The notes under the pieces: model-generated
What the model was told of the DNA's origin: nothing
Seen by the model: the letters and a program-made list of their open reading frames with translations, nothing else
Databases searched by the model: none
Assembly (NCBI GenBank): GCA_964487045.1
Contig: CAZAOT010000001.1
Coordinates: 215,863-279,862 of the forward strand
From: an uncultured Candidatus Saccharibacteria bacterium
GTDB taxonomy: Bacteria; Patescibacteriota; UBA1384; DTJR01
Length of the DNA stretch: 64,000 nt
Direction: 5' to 3'
Shown: positions 38,142 through 46,478 of the stretch, piece after piece
How the letters are laid out: every line of letters begins with the position of its first letter
How positions within the stretch are numbered: the first letter of the stretch is position 1
Program-made: the position numbers and the translations under genes

Positions 38142-39894
38142 TATCAGAGAAGCTTATTTAAAGTTTTTTGAAGGGAAGGGGCATAAACGATTGCCTTCTT
38201 CTTCGTTATTGCCAGAAAATGATCCGAGTGTTTTGTTTACAACCGCGGGCATGCAGCAGTTCAAGAGATACTATTTATTTCCCGATGAAGCACCAGCTAG
38301 TCGCATCACAACTTGCCAAAAATGTGTGCGAACTGGAGACATTGATGAAGTTGGAGATCAGACCCATCTGACATTTTTTGAAATGCTTGGCAATTTTTCG
38401 TTTGGATATCCCGAGCTAGAGGGGTCTTATTTCAAGGAGGAGTCGATTGGTTGGGCTTGGGAGTTTTTGACGGAAGTGCTCGGAATTGATAAATCACGAA
38501 TTTACGCAACCTATTTTAACGGAGAAAATGGAGTTCCAGCAGATGAGGAATCGCTCGAAATTTTAAAAAAAATTGATGGACTTTCGAAAATTGAGCCCCA
38601 GGGATTTGAGGATAATTTTTGGTCGCTTGGAACCGAAGGATCACCAGGTGGTCCGACAGTTGAATTCTATGTCGACGGGGTTGAGGTTTGGAATCTGGTC
38701 TTTAATGAGTTTGTGATGAAAAATAGTGTTTATGAACCATCGGAGCTAAAAGGTGTCGATACCGGCATGGGTTTGGAGCGACTTGTGGCGATGATGCAGG
38801 GTAAAAGTGATGTTTATCAAACTGATTTGTTCGAATCGATAATCAAAAGAATCGAAGAATTGACGAATTTAGAATATGGCGACATGGCAGATAGTGAATA
38901 TGAAGATTGTTGGGTAAACGTGCGAAAACAAATGCGAATTGTCGCTGATCATTTGCGATCAGCCGAGGCTATGATTGCAGATGGAGTAATTCCGTCAAAC
39001 AAAGATCAGGGTTACATTTTAAGGCGATTAATTAGGCGAGCGATTGTTCAGGGCAAGAAACTTGGGTTTGAAGATAATTTCACCGCCGAATTTTTCATTA
39101 ATGAGGAGATAAAGGCTGAATTAGAGAAGGAAGAGGCGAAATTTAGAGAGACGCTAGAAAACGGACTAAGAAAATTCGAGAAAAGAATAAAAGGTAGTTT
39201 CGGCCAGGTCGGTTTTGGTGAAAGCCAGATTGTAAAAGATGCTAGGCCAAGTATTTCTGGAGATGAAATTTTTGATCTTTATCAAACTTATGGCTTTCCG
39301 GTTGAGCTAAGTCTTGAGCTAGCGGAAGAGAAAAATATTATTTTAGCAGAAGGTGCATTGGAGATGACGAAAAAATTGATGCTAGAGCATCAAGAGAAAT
39401 CACGCACAGCTTCCGCCGGAATGTTCAAGGGCGGTTTGGCAGATAACAAAATCGAAACGACCAGACTGCACACGGCCGCGCATTTACTTCTCGCTAGCCT
39501 TCGTCATGAATTGGGTGATGAAGTTGAGCAAAAAGGTTCAAATATTACCGAAGAGCGACTTCGATTTGACTTTAATTATCCAGAAAAGCTAACGGATGAA
39601 CAAATTAAGAAAATTGAAGATTTAGTTAATTTGAAGATTGAGGAAGCGCTTCCGGTTACGATGCAGGAGATGGAGATCGAGCAGGCAAAATCATCTGGGG
39701 CAACAGGCTCATTTCATGATCGTTATGGCGATAAAGTGAAAATTTTTACAATTGGTGCGATGGAAGAACCATTCTCAAGGGAGATCTGCGGCGGCCCTCA
39801 TGTTGCAAACACATCTGAACTTGGTGTTTTCAAAATTACTAAAGAAGAATCATCATCAGCTGGCGTGAGAAGGATTAAAGCGATTTTGAACTAA
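38113..39894 (+). CDS. alaS: Alanine-tRNA ligase, short form without C-Ala domain
   Basis: FTTAGMQQFK, HLTFFEMLGNFSF, DTGMGLER, HTAAHLL, EICGGPHV, SAGVRRIKA at the C-terminus. Confidence 0.96.
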   Translation: MPLQDLSRNSIREAYLKFFEGKGHKRLPSSSLLPENDPSVLFTTAGMQQFKRYYLFPDEAPASRITTCQKCVRTGDIDEVGDQTHLTFFEMLGNFSFGYPELEGSYFKEESIGWAWEFLTEVLGIDKSRIYATYFNGENGVPADEESLEILKKIDGLSKIEPQGFEDNFWSLGTEGSPGGPTVEFYVDGVEVWNLVFNEFVMKNSVYEPSELKGVDTGMGLERLVAMMQGKSDVYQTDLFESIIKRIEELTNLEYGDMADSEYEDCWVNVRKQMRIVADHLRSAEAMIADGVIPSNKDQGYILRRLIRRAIVQGKKLGFEDNFTAEFFINEEIKAELEKEEAKFRETLENGLRKFEKRIKGSFGQVGFGESQIVKDARPSISGDEIFDLYQTYGFPVELSLELAEEKNIILAEGALEMTKKLMLEHQEKSRTASAGMFKGGLADNKIETTRLHTAAHLLLASLRHELGDEVEQKGSNITEERLRFDFNYPEKLTDEQIKKIEDLVNLKIEEALPVTMQEMEIEQAKSSGATGSFHDRYGDKVKIFTIGAMEEPFSREICGGPHVANTSELGVFKITKEESSSAGVRRIKAILN

Positions 39895-39926
39895 AAAAGA
39901 TACTGCCCGCCGATAGGCGGGCAGGG

Positions 39927-40535
39927 TCAATAGAGCAAAGTACTCGTACTGGTACGAAAACCAATACTCCACTCAAGGTCGGAATAGATCTTTGCTTCGA
40001 TTGAGCCGAAGCGCTGACATATACCAACCTGGAAGTCAAAGTCGTCTAGGTTCGAAACGTCCAGGAAGCCCCGAGCGATAAAGTCGGTGCTTGATGTGAG
40101 TTTGGCGATGCGCCATTTCGGCAGAGAAAGGAAACCGGTCGGGTGCGAGTTGGGTAGCGCGATCGGATAGAGGAGCCGCAAATCGATATTTCTATCGAGG
40201 TACTGCAGCCCTGCGTAGAACTCCTCTTTCTGGATTGGGTCGTATCCCATTTCCTTGTCTCGATCGGATTCCCAGATTCCCGGTACGATATCGAGCATAA
40301 AGCGGTACGACGAGCGCCAGTCTTTAGGGATTGGCCAGGAAAACCTGACGTTCTTGGTCAGTGAGGTTGACGATTCGTAGTCGATTTCGAAGAGGAATAT
40401 CTGATCGTAGAAGTATCCTTTGACCAGACCGTCGCTCCACTCGGCCCCGACTTCGAAGGGTCGGTTGTCAATATCCTGCGCCCAAAGCGGCGTCAGGCAG
40501 AGCACGGCTACCGCAAGAGCGGCTAAACGTGTCAC
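39927..40535 (-). CDS. Hypothetical secreted beta-rich protein (GC-rich orphan cassette)
   Basis: AAGGAGG SD before GTG 40535; signal peptide; hairpin 39905-39923. Confidence 0.7.
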   Translation of the reverse strand: MTRLAALAVAVLCLTPLWAQDIDNRPFEVGAEWSDGLVKGYFYDQIFLFEIDYESSTSLTKNVRFSWPIPKDWRSSYRFMLDIVPGIWESDRDKEMGYDPIQKEEFYAGLQYLDRNIDLRLLYPIALPNSHPTGFLSLPKWRIAKLTSSTDFIARGFLDVSNLDDFDFQVGICQRFGSIEAKIYSDLEWSIGFRTSTSTLLY

Positions 40536-40585
40536 GCATGACACCTCCTTAGGTTGGCTTACTAGCTACACTATAGCACTATTTA

Positions 40586-40664
40586 GCCCGTTAGAAATTG
40601 CCGACGCCTTGTATGCGCCGATATTGTGTATTTATATCTTAGTCGGCATCGATTTCTAACGGGC
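40586..40664. mobile_element. TIR element copy B (empty, 79 bp)
   Basis: GCCCGTTAGAAAT / ATTTCTAACGGGC plus inner TGCCGAC/GTCGGCA; right arm supplies the stop of the minus-strand gene. Confidence 0.7.
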
Positions 40665-41483
40665 CGAGAAATATGTCTCTACAAACTTTTTTGCCGCTTT
40701 GAGATTTTTTATCACCGCTTCTTCGGTGATATTTCCCTTCTTATCAGCATACTGTTCGCACCAAAGTTCGATTGAAATTGGACCGAAATATTTATCGGCC
40801 CTTAATTGACGCAAAAATTTTTTAAGTGGTAATTTGCCCTTGCCGGGAAGGAGATGGCAGTCTTCAATATTACCCGGCTTTTTCGGACTTGGTCTCATAT
40901 CAGAGTCAGAAAAATGAACATGGCCGACTTTTTCTTTAATTTTTTCATAATACTGCATAATATCCATTTCGGCAGTTGCGATGTGGGATGTATCTAAATT
41001 TATAGACTCAAAAGCCTGCATCACGTCGAAGTGATAGCTCGGATTGAGAGTATTGCCAGAGGTGAAATCATCGCGTTTGGTCGCATTTTCAATCACCACT
41101 TTAACTGGTTTGGCAAGCTTGAAGACACTCTTTTGATTTTCAATCAACCAAGTGACGTATTGCGGATCAGAGTAATCCCAAGAATGCAAAATTAAATATT
41201 TTGCCTTCAGCTCCTTGGCGAGTTTAATCGATTTCTCGAGTCTATTTTTCCAGTCGCCCCAAGAATAAACAAATTCCATCGCTGAGTGAATTGATGTGAC
41301 CTTGAGGGAAAATTTTCGCTCTAAGCGTTTAATGTATTTGGAGTCTTGAGAGTCGAGTCGGTCATCGATAATTAATTCGATATTCTTAAATCCAGCTTTT
41401 TTCGCAACCTCAAAGAACCGGTATAGCCCATATCGGTGACAAGATCCGGTCGATAAAGTCAATTGATTTTTAAGTGTAGCCAT
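40656..41483 (-). CDS. Sugar phosphate isomerase/epimerase (AP endonuclease 2 TIM-barrel family)
   Basis: AGFKNIEL, IENA, NLDTSH, HVHFSD, HLLPGKG, ISIE. Confidence 0.88.
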   Translation of the reverse strand: MATLKNQLTLSTGSCHRYGLYRFFEVAKKAGFKNIELIIDDRLDSQDSKYIKRLERKFSLKVTSIHSAMEFVYSWGDWKNRLEKSIKLAKELKAKYLILHSWDYSDPQYVTWLIENQKSVFKLAKPVKVVIENATKRDDFTSGNTLNPSYHFDVMQAFESINLDTSHIATAEMDIMQYYEKIKEKVGHVHFSDSDMRPSPKKPGNIEDCHLLPGKGKLPLKKFLRQLRADKYFGPISIELWCEQYADKKGNITEEAVIKNLKAAKKFVETYFSAR

Positions 41484-41525
41484 TTGAGCAAAATATTACT
41501 AAAAATAAGGTTCAATGTAAACAAA

Positions 41526-41558
41526 ACGGGCCACCCAAGCTATGCAAGGGTGGCCCGT
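41526..41558 (-). terminator. Intrinsic terminator of the SLH-domain gene
   Basis: ACGGGCCACCC...GGGTGGCCCGT then TTTGT on the minus strand. Confidence 0.75.
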
Positions 41559-41583
41559 AGAGGGTCCTGGTAGGTGGCTCTAC

Positions 41584-42246
41584 CTAGACCGGGTTGCCAT
41601 TGGCGTCAGCACCGGCGCCATCTGTGTTGACCGAGTAGTCGTTCTTCGTCTCGGTCGTGGTCGTGCGGGTGCCGGCGTTCGAGGCGTTGTCGGCCACGTT
41701 GGCCGTGCCACCCATGCTGCCTTCGGCGGCGGACGAGGTGGTGCCTCCCTCGGCCGAAACCGTCGGGGAAGCAGTGGCGCTCACGCCACTCACGAGCGGC
41801 CCGCTCCACAGCCCATTGGGCAGGGAGAGGGTCAGGTTGATCGTGGGCACAGTCGGCGGCTGACTGCGGAGAGCGTTCAGCTCTCGCCGCATCAGCACCA
41901 GCGCGATCAGGCCCGCGATAAGGCCAAGGGCCAGTCCGATGAGGACTGCCATGACCCAGGAGTTGTCCCGCCAAATCTGCTCCGCCGCCGCGACGGCCAT
42001 CGCCCAAGCCTCCGCGCGAGTCGCGTTGGCGTTGGGGCGGAGCGTACCGTCGGGGTACCCGTTCAGGTTCCCCTGACCGGTGCCCTTGTTCCATGTGGGC
42101 TGGGCCCAGGCGGGCGCGGTCTCACCGGTGTTGAGGTTCGTGAAGTTGATCGGTCCAGAGGAAGGGATCCACGGCCGATCAGTCTGAGCGAACGCGACGG
42201 ACGACAGGAGAACGACAGTGATCACGGCAATGATGGTGCGGGACAT
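41584..42246 (-). CDS. Secreted single-SLH-domain protein with TM helix and low-complexity tail (very GC-rich cassette)
   Basis: Signal peptide; GYPDGTLRPNANATRAEAWAM SLH signature; GGGAGG SD. Confidence 0.8.
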   Translation of the reverse strand: MSRTIIAVITVVLLSSVAFAQTDRPWIPSSGPINFTNLNTGETAPAWAQPTWNKGTGQGNLNGYPDGTLRPNANATRAEAWAMAVAAAEQIWRDNSWVMAVLIGLALGLIAGLIALVLMRRELNALRSQPPTVPTINLTLSLPNGLWSGPLVSGVSATASPTVSAEGGTTSSAAEGSMGGTANVADNASNAGTRTTTTETKNDYSVNTDGAGADANGNPV

Positions 42247-42380
42247 GAGTTGCCTCCCGGCAAGTGTAGTTGCCGCCTCTATACCGAGGTCGGCGTGTAT
42301 CTTTACCCCAGAGCCACCTGGGGATTAAGAACTAATTGTCAAATGCCACATTGATGAGCTTCTCACCAACGTAACGAAGC

Positions 42381-42409
42381 AGTATAGCACAAAATAGCTG
42401 TTTTGTCAA
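42381..42409 (-). promoter_or_regulatory. Sigma70-type promoter
   Basis: TTGACA-aaacagctattttgtgc(17)-TATACT, nearly identical to 28604-28632. Confidence 0.75.
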
Positions 42410-42439
42410 TCCTGGAGCTAATTAATCGCCGAAGGCACC

Positions 42440-42642
42440 GCTTCCAAAAGATGATTTTTCGCTTCTTGCGCGAGTAGTGCCGCAAATCTGTCGGCTCGAG
42501 TGCTCCCGGGAAAGAAAAATCATACTTTTGAGCGTGTTGCGCTTTTTGAGTGGAGCAAAAAGCTAATCCATCAAACCTAGGAACTTGCCCGCAACAAGTT
42601 CTTGGGGTTTCGACATTAACTGCGAGCTTTTAGCTCGCAAAA
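42440..42642 (+). repeat. Dispersed structured repeat, divergent copy 4
   Basis: GCCG-CAAATCTGT-CGGC loop in a long stem; AAACCTAGG...TTGCCCGCAACAA; ACATTAACTGCGAGC...GCTCGCAAA end shared with 37368-37395. Confidence 0.72.
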
Positions 42643-42686
42643 TTTCTTTCTTTTTACTCTTTCATAAAAGTGCTAAAATAAAACAA

Positions 42687-43943
42687 ATGGGCATATTCGA
42701 TATTTTTAAGGGTTCAGAGGACTACTCTAATTACGCTATCTCGCTAGATATCGGAACTGAGTTTGTAAAAACGCTTATTTTTAAGGTTGAAGGTGATCAG
42801 GCTCATGTGCTTGGCATAGGCAAGCAGCGCCAAAGGTTAGCTGATATTCAGGGCGGAGTTGTCACCGATATTTATGGAGTAATTCGAAACTGCGAAACTG
42901 CGCTTGATCAGGCTGCTACTCAGGCTAAAATTCTGCCCCAACAGGTTATTATCGGTATTGCCGGAGAATTGGTCAAAGGTATTACGACCGATGTGAAATA
43001 CACCAGACCAGATCAAAACAAAAAAATCTCGATGGACGAGCTGACCGAGATCGTCAATCGCATCCAAAAACAAACCTATGACCGCGCTAGAAAAATTCTT
43101 GCTTATGAAACAGGTCATCGAGAAGTTAATGTAAAACTGGTTAATTCGGCGGTCGTGGATGTAAAAATCGACGGATATCACATTACCAATCCGCTTGGTT
43201 TTCAGGGAAAAGAGATCGAGGTTAGCGTCTTTAACGCCTTTGCGCCAAATGTTCACTTGGGAGCGCTTCAAACGGTCGCCGAGAGTTTGGATCTAGACTT
43301 GCTTTCGATCGCTGCCGAGCCATTTGCGGTTGCAAGATGTATGGGCTCAGATCAGGAAAGCGAATTTTCAGCTATTTTCATTGATATTGGAGGCGGTACG
43401 ACTGACATCGCTGTCGTTTCCAAGGGTGGATTGGTTGGAACAAAAATGTTTGCCTTGGGAGGTCGCGCCTTTACCAAGAGAATTGCCCAAGTTTTAAATG
43501 AACCATTTTTAGAAGCAGAACAGGATAAATTAGACTATACTGCCGGCAAATTGGCCAAGGAAAAGCTGGATATTGTCGAAAAAGCAGTCAAGCAGGATTC
43601 GGATGTATGGCTAGCTGGCGTGCAACTCACACTCGAAGAGTTTTCGGATTTAGAGTTACTTCCAAGTAAGATTTTGCTTTGTGGAGGAGGCTCTAATTTG
43701 CCAGATATAGAGAGGGTTTTGCTTGACGCAAAATGGGGGCGAAATGTCGCATTTGCCAAGAAGCCAAGTGTAGGATTTTTAAAACCAAAGAATGTCTCAG
43801 CGGTTGTCGATGATACGGGTGAGCTTAAGACCATCTCTGATGTTACACCGATGGCACTCGCAAATTTAGCCATTGATATGGTTGGCAAAGAAAAAGTAGT
43901 GGACGGATTATTCTCGAAGATTATAATGACTTTGAGGAGTTAA
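42687..43943 (+). CDS. FtsA-like actin-fold ATPase
   Basis: SLDIGTEFVK, FIDIGGGTTD, LGGRAFT, LCGGGSNL. Confidence 0.85.
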   Translation: MGIFDIFKGSEDYSNYAISLDIGTEFVKTLIFKVEGDQAHVLGIGKQRQRLADIQGGVVTDIYGVIRNCETALDQAATQAKILPQQVIIGIAGELVKGITTDVKYTRPDQNKKISMDELTEIVNRIQKQTYDRARKILAYETGHREVNVKLVNSAVVDVKIDGYHITNPLGFQGKEIEVSVFNAFAPNVHLGALQTVAESLDLDLLSIAAEPFAVARCMGSDQESEFSAIFIDIGGGTTDIAVVSKGGLVGTKMFALGGRAFTKRIAQVLNEPFLEAEQDKLDYTAGKLAKEKLDIVEKAVKQDSDVWLAGVQLTLEEFSDLELLPSKILLCGGGSNLPDIERVLLDAKWGRNVAFAKKPSVGFLKPKNVSAVVDDTGELKTISDVTPMALANLAIDMVGKEKVVDGLFSKIIMTLRS

Positions 43944-45782
43944 ATGGACGAGATTTTATATTTAGAACCAGATGAGGAAATAACTTCCGTAGTCGATAAG
44001 CTTAAGGGGCTCGAGGGGGACTCGGTTGGCTTAGTGGCGCCGAAGGGTTCTTCGATCGTCCAATCTTTAGTTAGTTTGAAATTACTTCAAAAACAAGCCG
44101 AGTCGCTCGGTAAGGAAATTGCCATTGTTACTTCTGATGAAGTAGGCCAGAATTTGGCCGGACGAATTAACCTGCCGGTATATGCCGACGTAAGAAGTCG
44201 TAAGCCGATTGAGCCAAAAGAGCAGAAAGAACCAGAAGAAACGGGTCCAATCGAAATTACAGACGAACCAGCTACGGCAACCGCAGCCGAGATAGCTCGC
44301 GAAAAAGTTGAAACTCCAAAAGAAAGACCAGAAAAAGAACTTCCAGAGGAATATAAAGATTTACCGAAAAATTTTGAAATTAGTCGTTATGATCAAGCTA
44401 AAGATACTGAAGCACCCGAAGAGGTTGCGCCTGTGGCCGCCGAGGATGATGATCCTAAGGAGAGCGAGCAAGAAGTAGAAACTAGCGAGGAAGACAATAT
44501 GCCAAGTGAGCGCTCGGAAGAAAAATCAAATACTAATTTTGTAAACAGACCTCTTCGTGAGAGAGCCGAAGACAATAGGGCTGATCTTGAGAGTGCTAGA
44601 CCAATGATCCATGAGAAAAGGCAGGTCCCAAGTGTTAGTAAGAAAAAATCTCCAAAGAAAGCAATTATCGCAACTGTCATAACTATCTTGGTTTTGGGCG
44701 GACTTTTGTTCGCTGATCTAGCCTTGGCCAAGCTTGATATTAACTTGACGATTCCGGCTGAAGAAATTTCCAAAGATGTAATGATTTCAGTGGAGAAGGA
44801 TCATCCAGCACTCGACTTAGAAAATGGGATTATTGGGGGAACTCAAGTAGATAAAGACGTTTTGAGCGAAGGAAATTATAATTCAACAGGTGAAAAAGAA
44901 ACTGGAGATAAAGCCAAGGGTACTCTTGTCGCAAAGAACGATGCGGGAGTAGATGAGGCAATTGCCGGTGGCACTACTGTAAGGAGTTCTGGCGGAGTTG
45001 AGTTTACTACTGATAAGGACGTTGTCGTGCCAAAAGCGAGCCTAAACTCTAATGGCGATAAAGTTCTAGGACAAGCGAGTTTGGCTGTAACTGCTAAAGA
45101 GGCGGGGGCAAAAGGAAACCTGCCTTCATCAACTTCCTATGTGATTTCTTCTAAGACAAAAATTTCGATTTCGGGAGAAACTACTGGCGGAACGACCAAG
45201 AAAATTAAAATTGTAGCAAAGGCGGATGTTGATGCAGCTAAGAAAGATCTTCAGGAAAAGGCAATTACAAAATTCAAGGAAGAGTTGAAGACTGATAAAA
45301 AAACCTTGTTCTTAGATGATGCAGTCAAGGCTGACCTTAGTGAATTTACGACAAGCAAAAATATTAGTGATGAAGCCGAAAGTTTCAAAGCAAATGCAAA
45401 AGTGAAGATTTCGACTATTACATTTTTGACTGATGACTTTAATCAGGCTGTACAGAAAACCGCCGAAAAGGGGTTGCCGGAAGGTAAGAGTTTGCTTGTT
45501 ACCGAATCTGACTCTGTCACCCCGGCTTTAGAAGAAAATCAGATAAATGTCGGCAAGCTTAAGGTAAAGGGTGAGCTTAGAAGTCATATCGGCCCTAAGA
45601 TCGATCTTGACCAAATTGTCGCTTCCTTCAGACTTAAACCAATCAAAAATATCAAAGCCGAACTTCAGAAGATAGAGGGGGCGACTGTTAATGACGTCAA
45701 GATTTCACCAAGCTTTGCCCTTCCAATTGGACCATTATTCAAGAGCAGCACTCGCCTAAAAATTGAATATACCAAGAAGTAA
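43944..45782 (+). CDS. Membrane protein with conserved N-terminal domain, acidic linker, TM and baseplate-J-like extracellular region
   Basis: YLEPDEEITSVVDKL N-terminus; STGEK..G.KAKG, GVEFTT, VTAKEAGAKGN, GGTTK motifs; family call from recall. Confidence 0.65.
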   Translation: MDEILYLEPDEEITSVVDKLKGLEGDSVGLVAPKGSSIVQSLVSLKLLQKQAESLGKEIAIVTSDEVGQNLAGRINLPVYADVRSRKPIEPKEQKEPEETGPIEITDEPATATAAEIAREKVETPKERPEKELPEEYKDLPKNFEISRYDQAKDTEAPEEVAPVAAEDDDPKESEQEVETSEEDNMPSERSEEKSNTNFVNRPLRERAEDNRADLESARPMIHEKRQVPSVSKKKSPKKAIIATVITILVLGGLLFADLALAKLDINLTIPAEEISKDVMISVEKDHPALDLENGIIGGTQVDKDVLSEGNYNSTGEKETGDKAKGTLVAKNDAGVDEAIAGGTTVRSSGGVEFTTDKDVVVPKASLNSNGDKVLGQASLAVTAKEAGAKGNLPSSTSYVISSKTKISISGETTGGTTKKIKIVAKADVDAAKKDLQEKAITKFKEELKTDKKTLFLDDAVKADLSEFTTSKNISDEAESFKANAKVKISTITFLTDDFNQAVQKTAEKGLPEGKSLLVTESDSVTPALEENQINVGKLKVKGELRSHIGPKIDLDQIVASFRLKPIKNIKAELQKIEGATVNDVKISPSFALPIGPLFKSSTRLKIEYTKK

Positions 45783-45831
45783 AAAAGATCTCTCAATTTA
45801 CTATTTACAATAACGAGTTATAATCTTAGCT

Positions 45832-46203
45832 ATGAAGAATGAAATCTTACTTGGAATAGATTTTGGAACTAAGAGAGTGGGGGTGGCTATTTCTCATGGA
45901 TTTATGGCCGAAGGGATAGCGACTCTTGGTTTTTCGAATAAGGAAAGTTTTTATAGTGATTTAAAAAAAATAATTGTAGAGCAAAAAATCGAAAAAATAA
46001 TTGTTGGTTTGCCGATGGGTGTTGATGGTGATACGCATCAAACTTTGTGGACTAGGGAAAGAGGCGAGGAGCTCGGTGAAGAAACTGGCCTACCGGTTAT
46101 TTTTGTTGACGAATCATACTCTTCTGTAGAGGCCGACAAGTATAATTCTGATCGTGATAGCGAATCAGCCAGAATAATATTGGAGCAATACTTGGCCCGT
46201 TAG
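45832..46203 (+). CDS. ruvX: RuvX/YqgF family nuclease
   Basis: LGIDFGTKRVGVA, IVGLP, FVDESYSS, DSESARIILEQYL. Confidence 0.92.
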   Translation: MKNEILLGIDFGTKRVGVAISHGFMAEGIATLGFSNKESFYSDLKKIIVEQKIEKIIVGLPMGVDGDTHQTLWTRERGEELGEETGLPVIFVDESYSSVEADKYNSDRDSESARIILEQYLAR

Positions 46204-46468
46204 AGACAACCATGTATTATACTTATGTATTGCGAAGTAGCAAAGATAAGCATCTCTATACAGGTTGCACAAAAGATTTACGGAAGCGCTTAGATCAGCA
46301 TGTTAGAGGGCGGGTTTATCCAACTCAAGCTAGGGGACCATTTGAAGTGATATACTATGAAGCGTGTTTGGATAAGCAAGACGCTTTTGCAAGAGAAAAA
46401 TATTTAAAAACAGGGTACGGGAAACGTTATCTGAAAAACAGGCTTAAGCGCTTCCTGTCTCTAACGGG
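46196..46468. mobile_element. TIR element copy C (273 bp) carrying a GIY-YIG gene
   Basis: CCCGTTAGAGACA (46196-46208) / TGTCTCTAACGGG (46456-46468), perfect inverted repeat. Confidence 0.75.
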
Positions 46469-46472
46469 TTAA
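46212..46472 (+). CDS. Small GIY-YIG nuclease
   Basis: YYTYVLRS..LYTGCT.DLRKRL..H, AFAREKYLKTG. Confidence 0.92.
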   Translation: MYYTYVLRSSKDKHLYTGCTKDLRKRLDQHVRGRVYPTQARGPFEVIYYEACLDKQDAFAREKYLKTGYGKRYLKNRLKRFLSLTG

Positions 46473-46478
46473 ACAATC

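Noticed and set aside
38113-39894. alaS as a truncated pseudogene
   Set aside because: Catalytic and editing domains are intact and end cleanly before a terminator; short AlaRS forms are known in reduced genomes
41542-42354. 270-aa plus-strand ORF and similar overlapping ORFs in GC-rich cassettes (e.g. 16295-16675, 28722-29165, 52671-53216)
   Set aside because: Shadow frames of GC-rich genes; the opposite strand has the SD, promoter, terminator and domain motifs
46196-46468. Classical integron cassette with attC
   Set aside because: GTT/AAC boxes resemble R sites, but no attC hairpin follows the gene, no array exists and no intI is present
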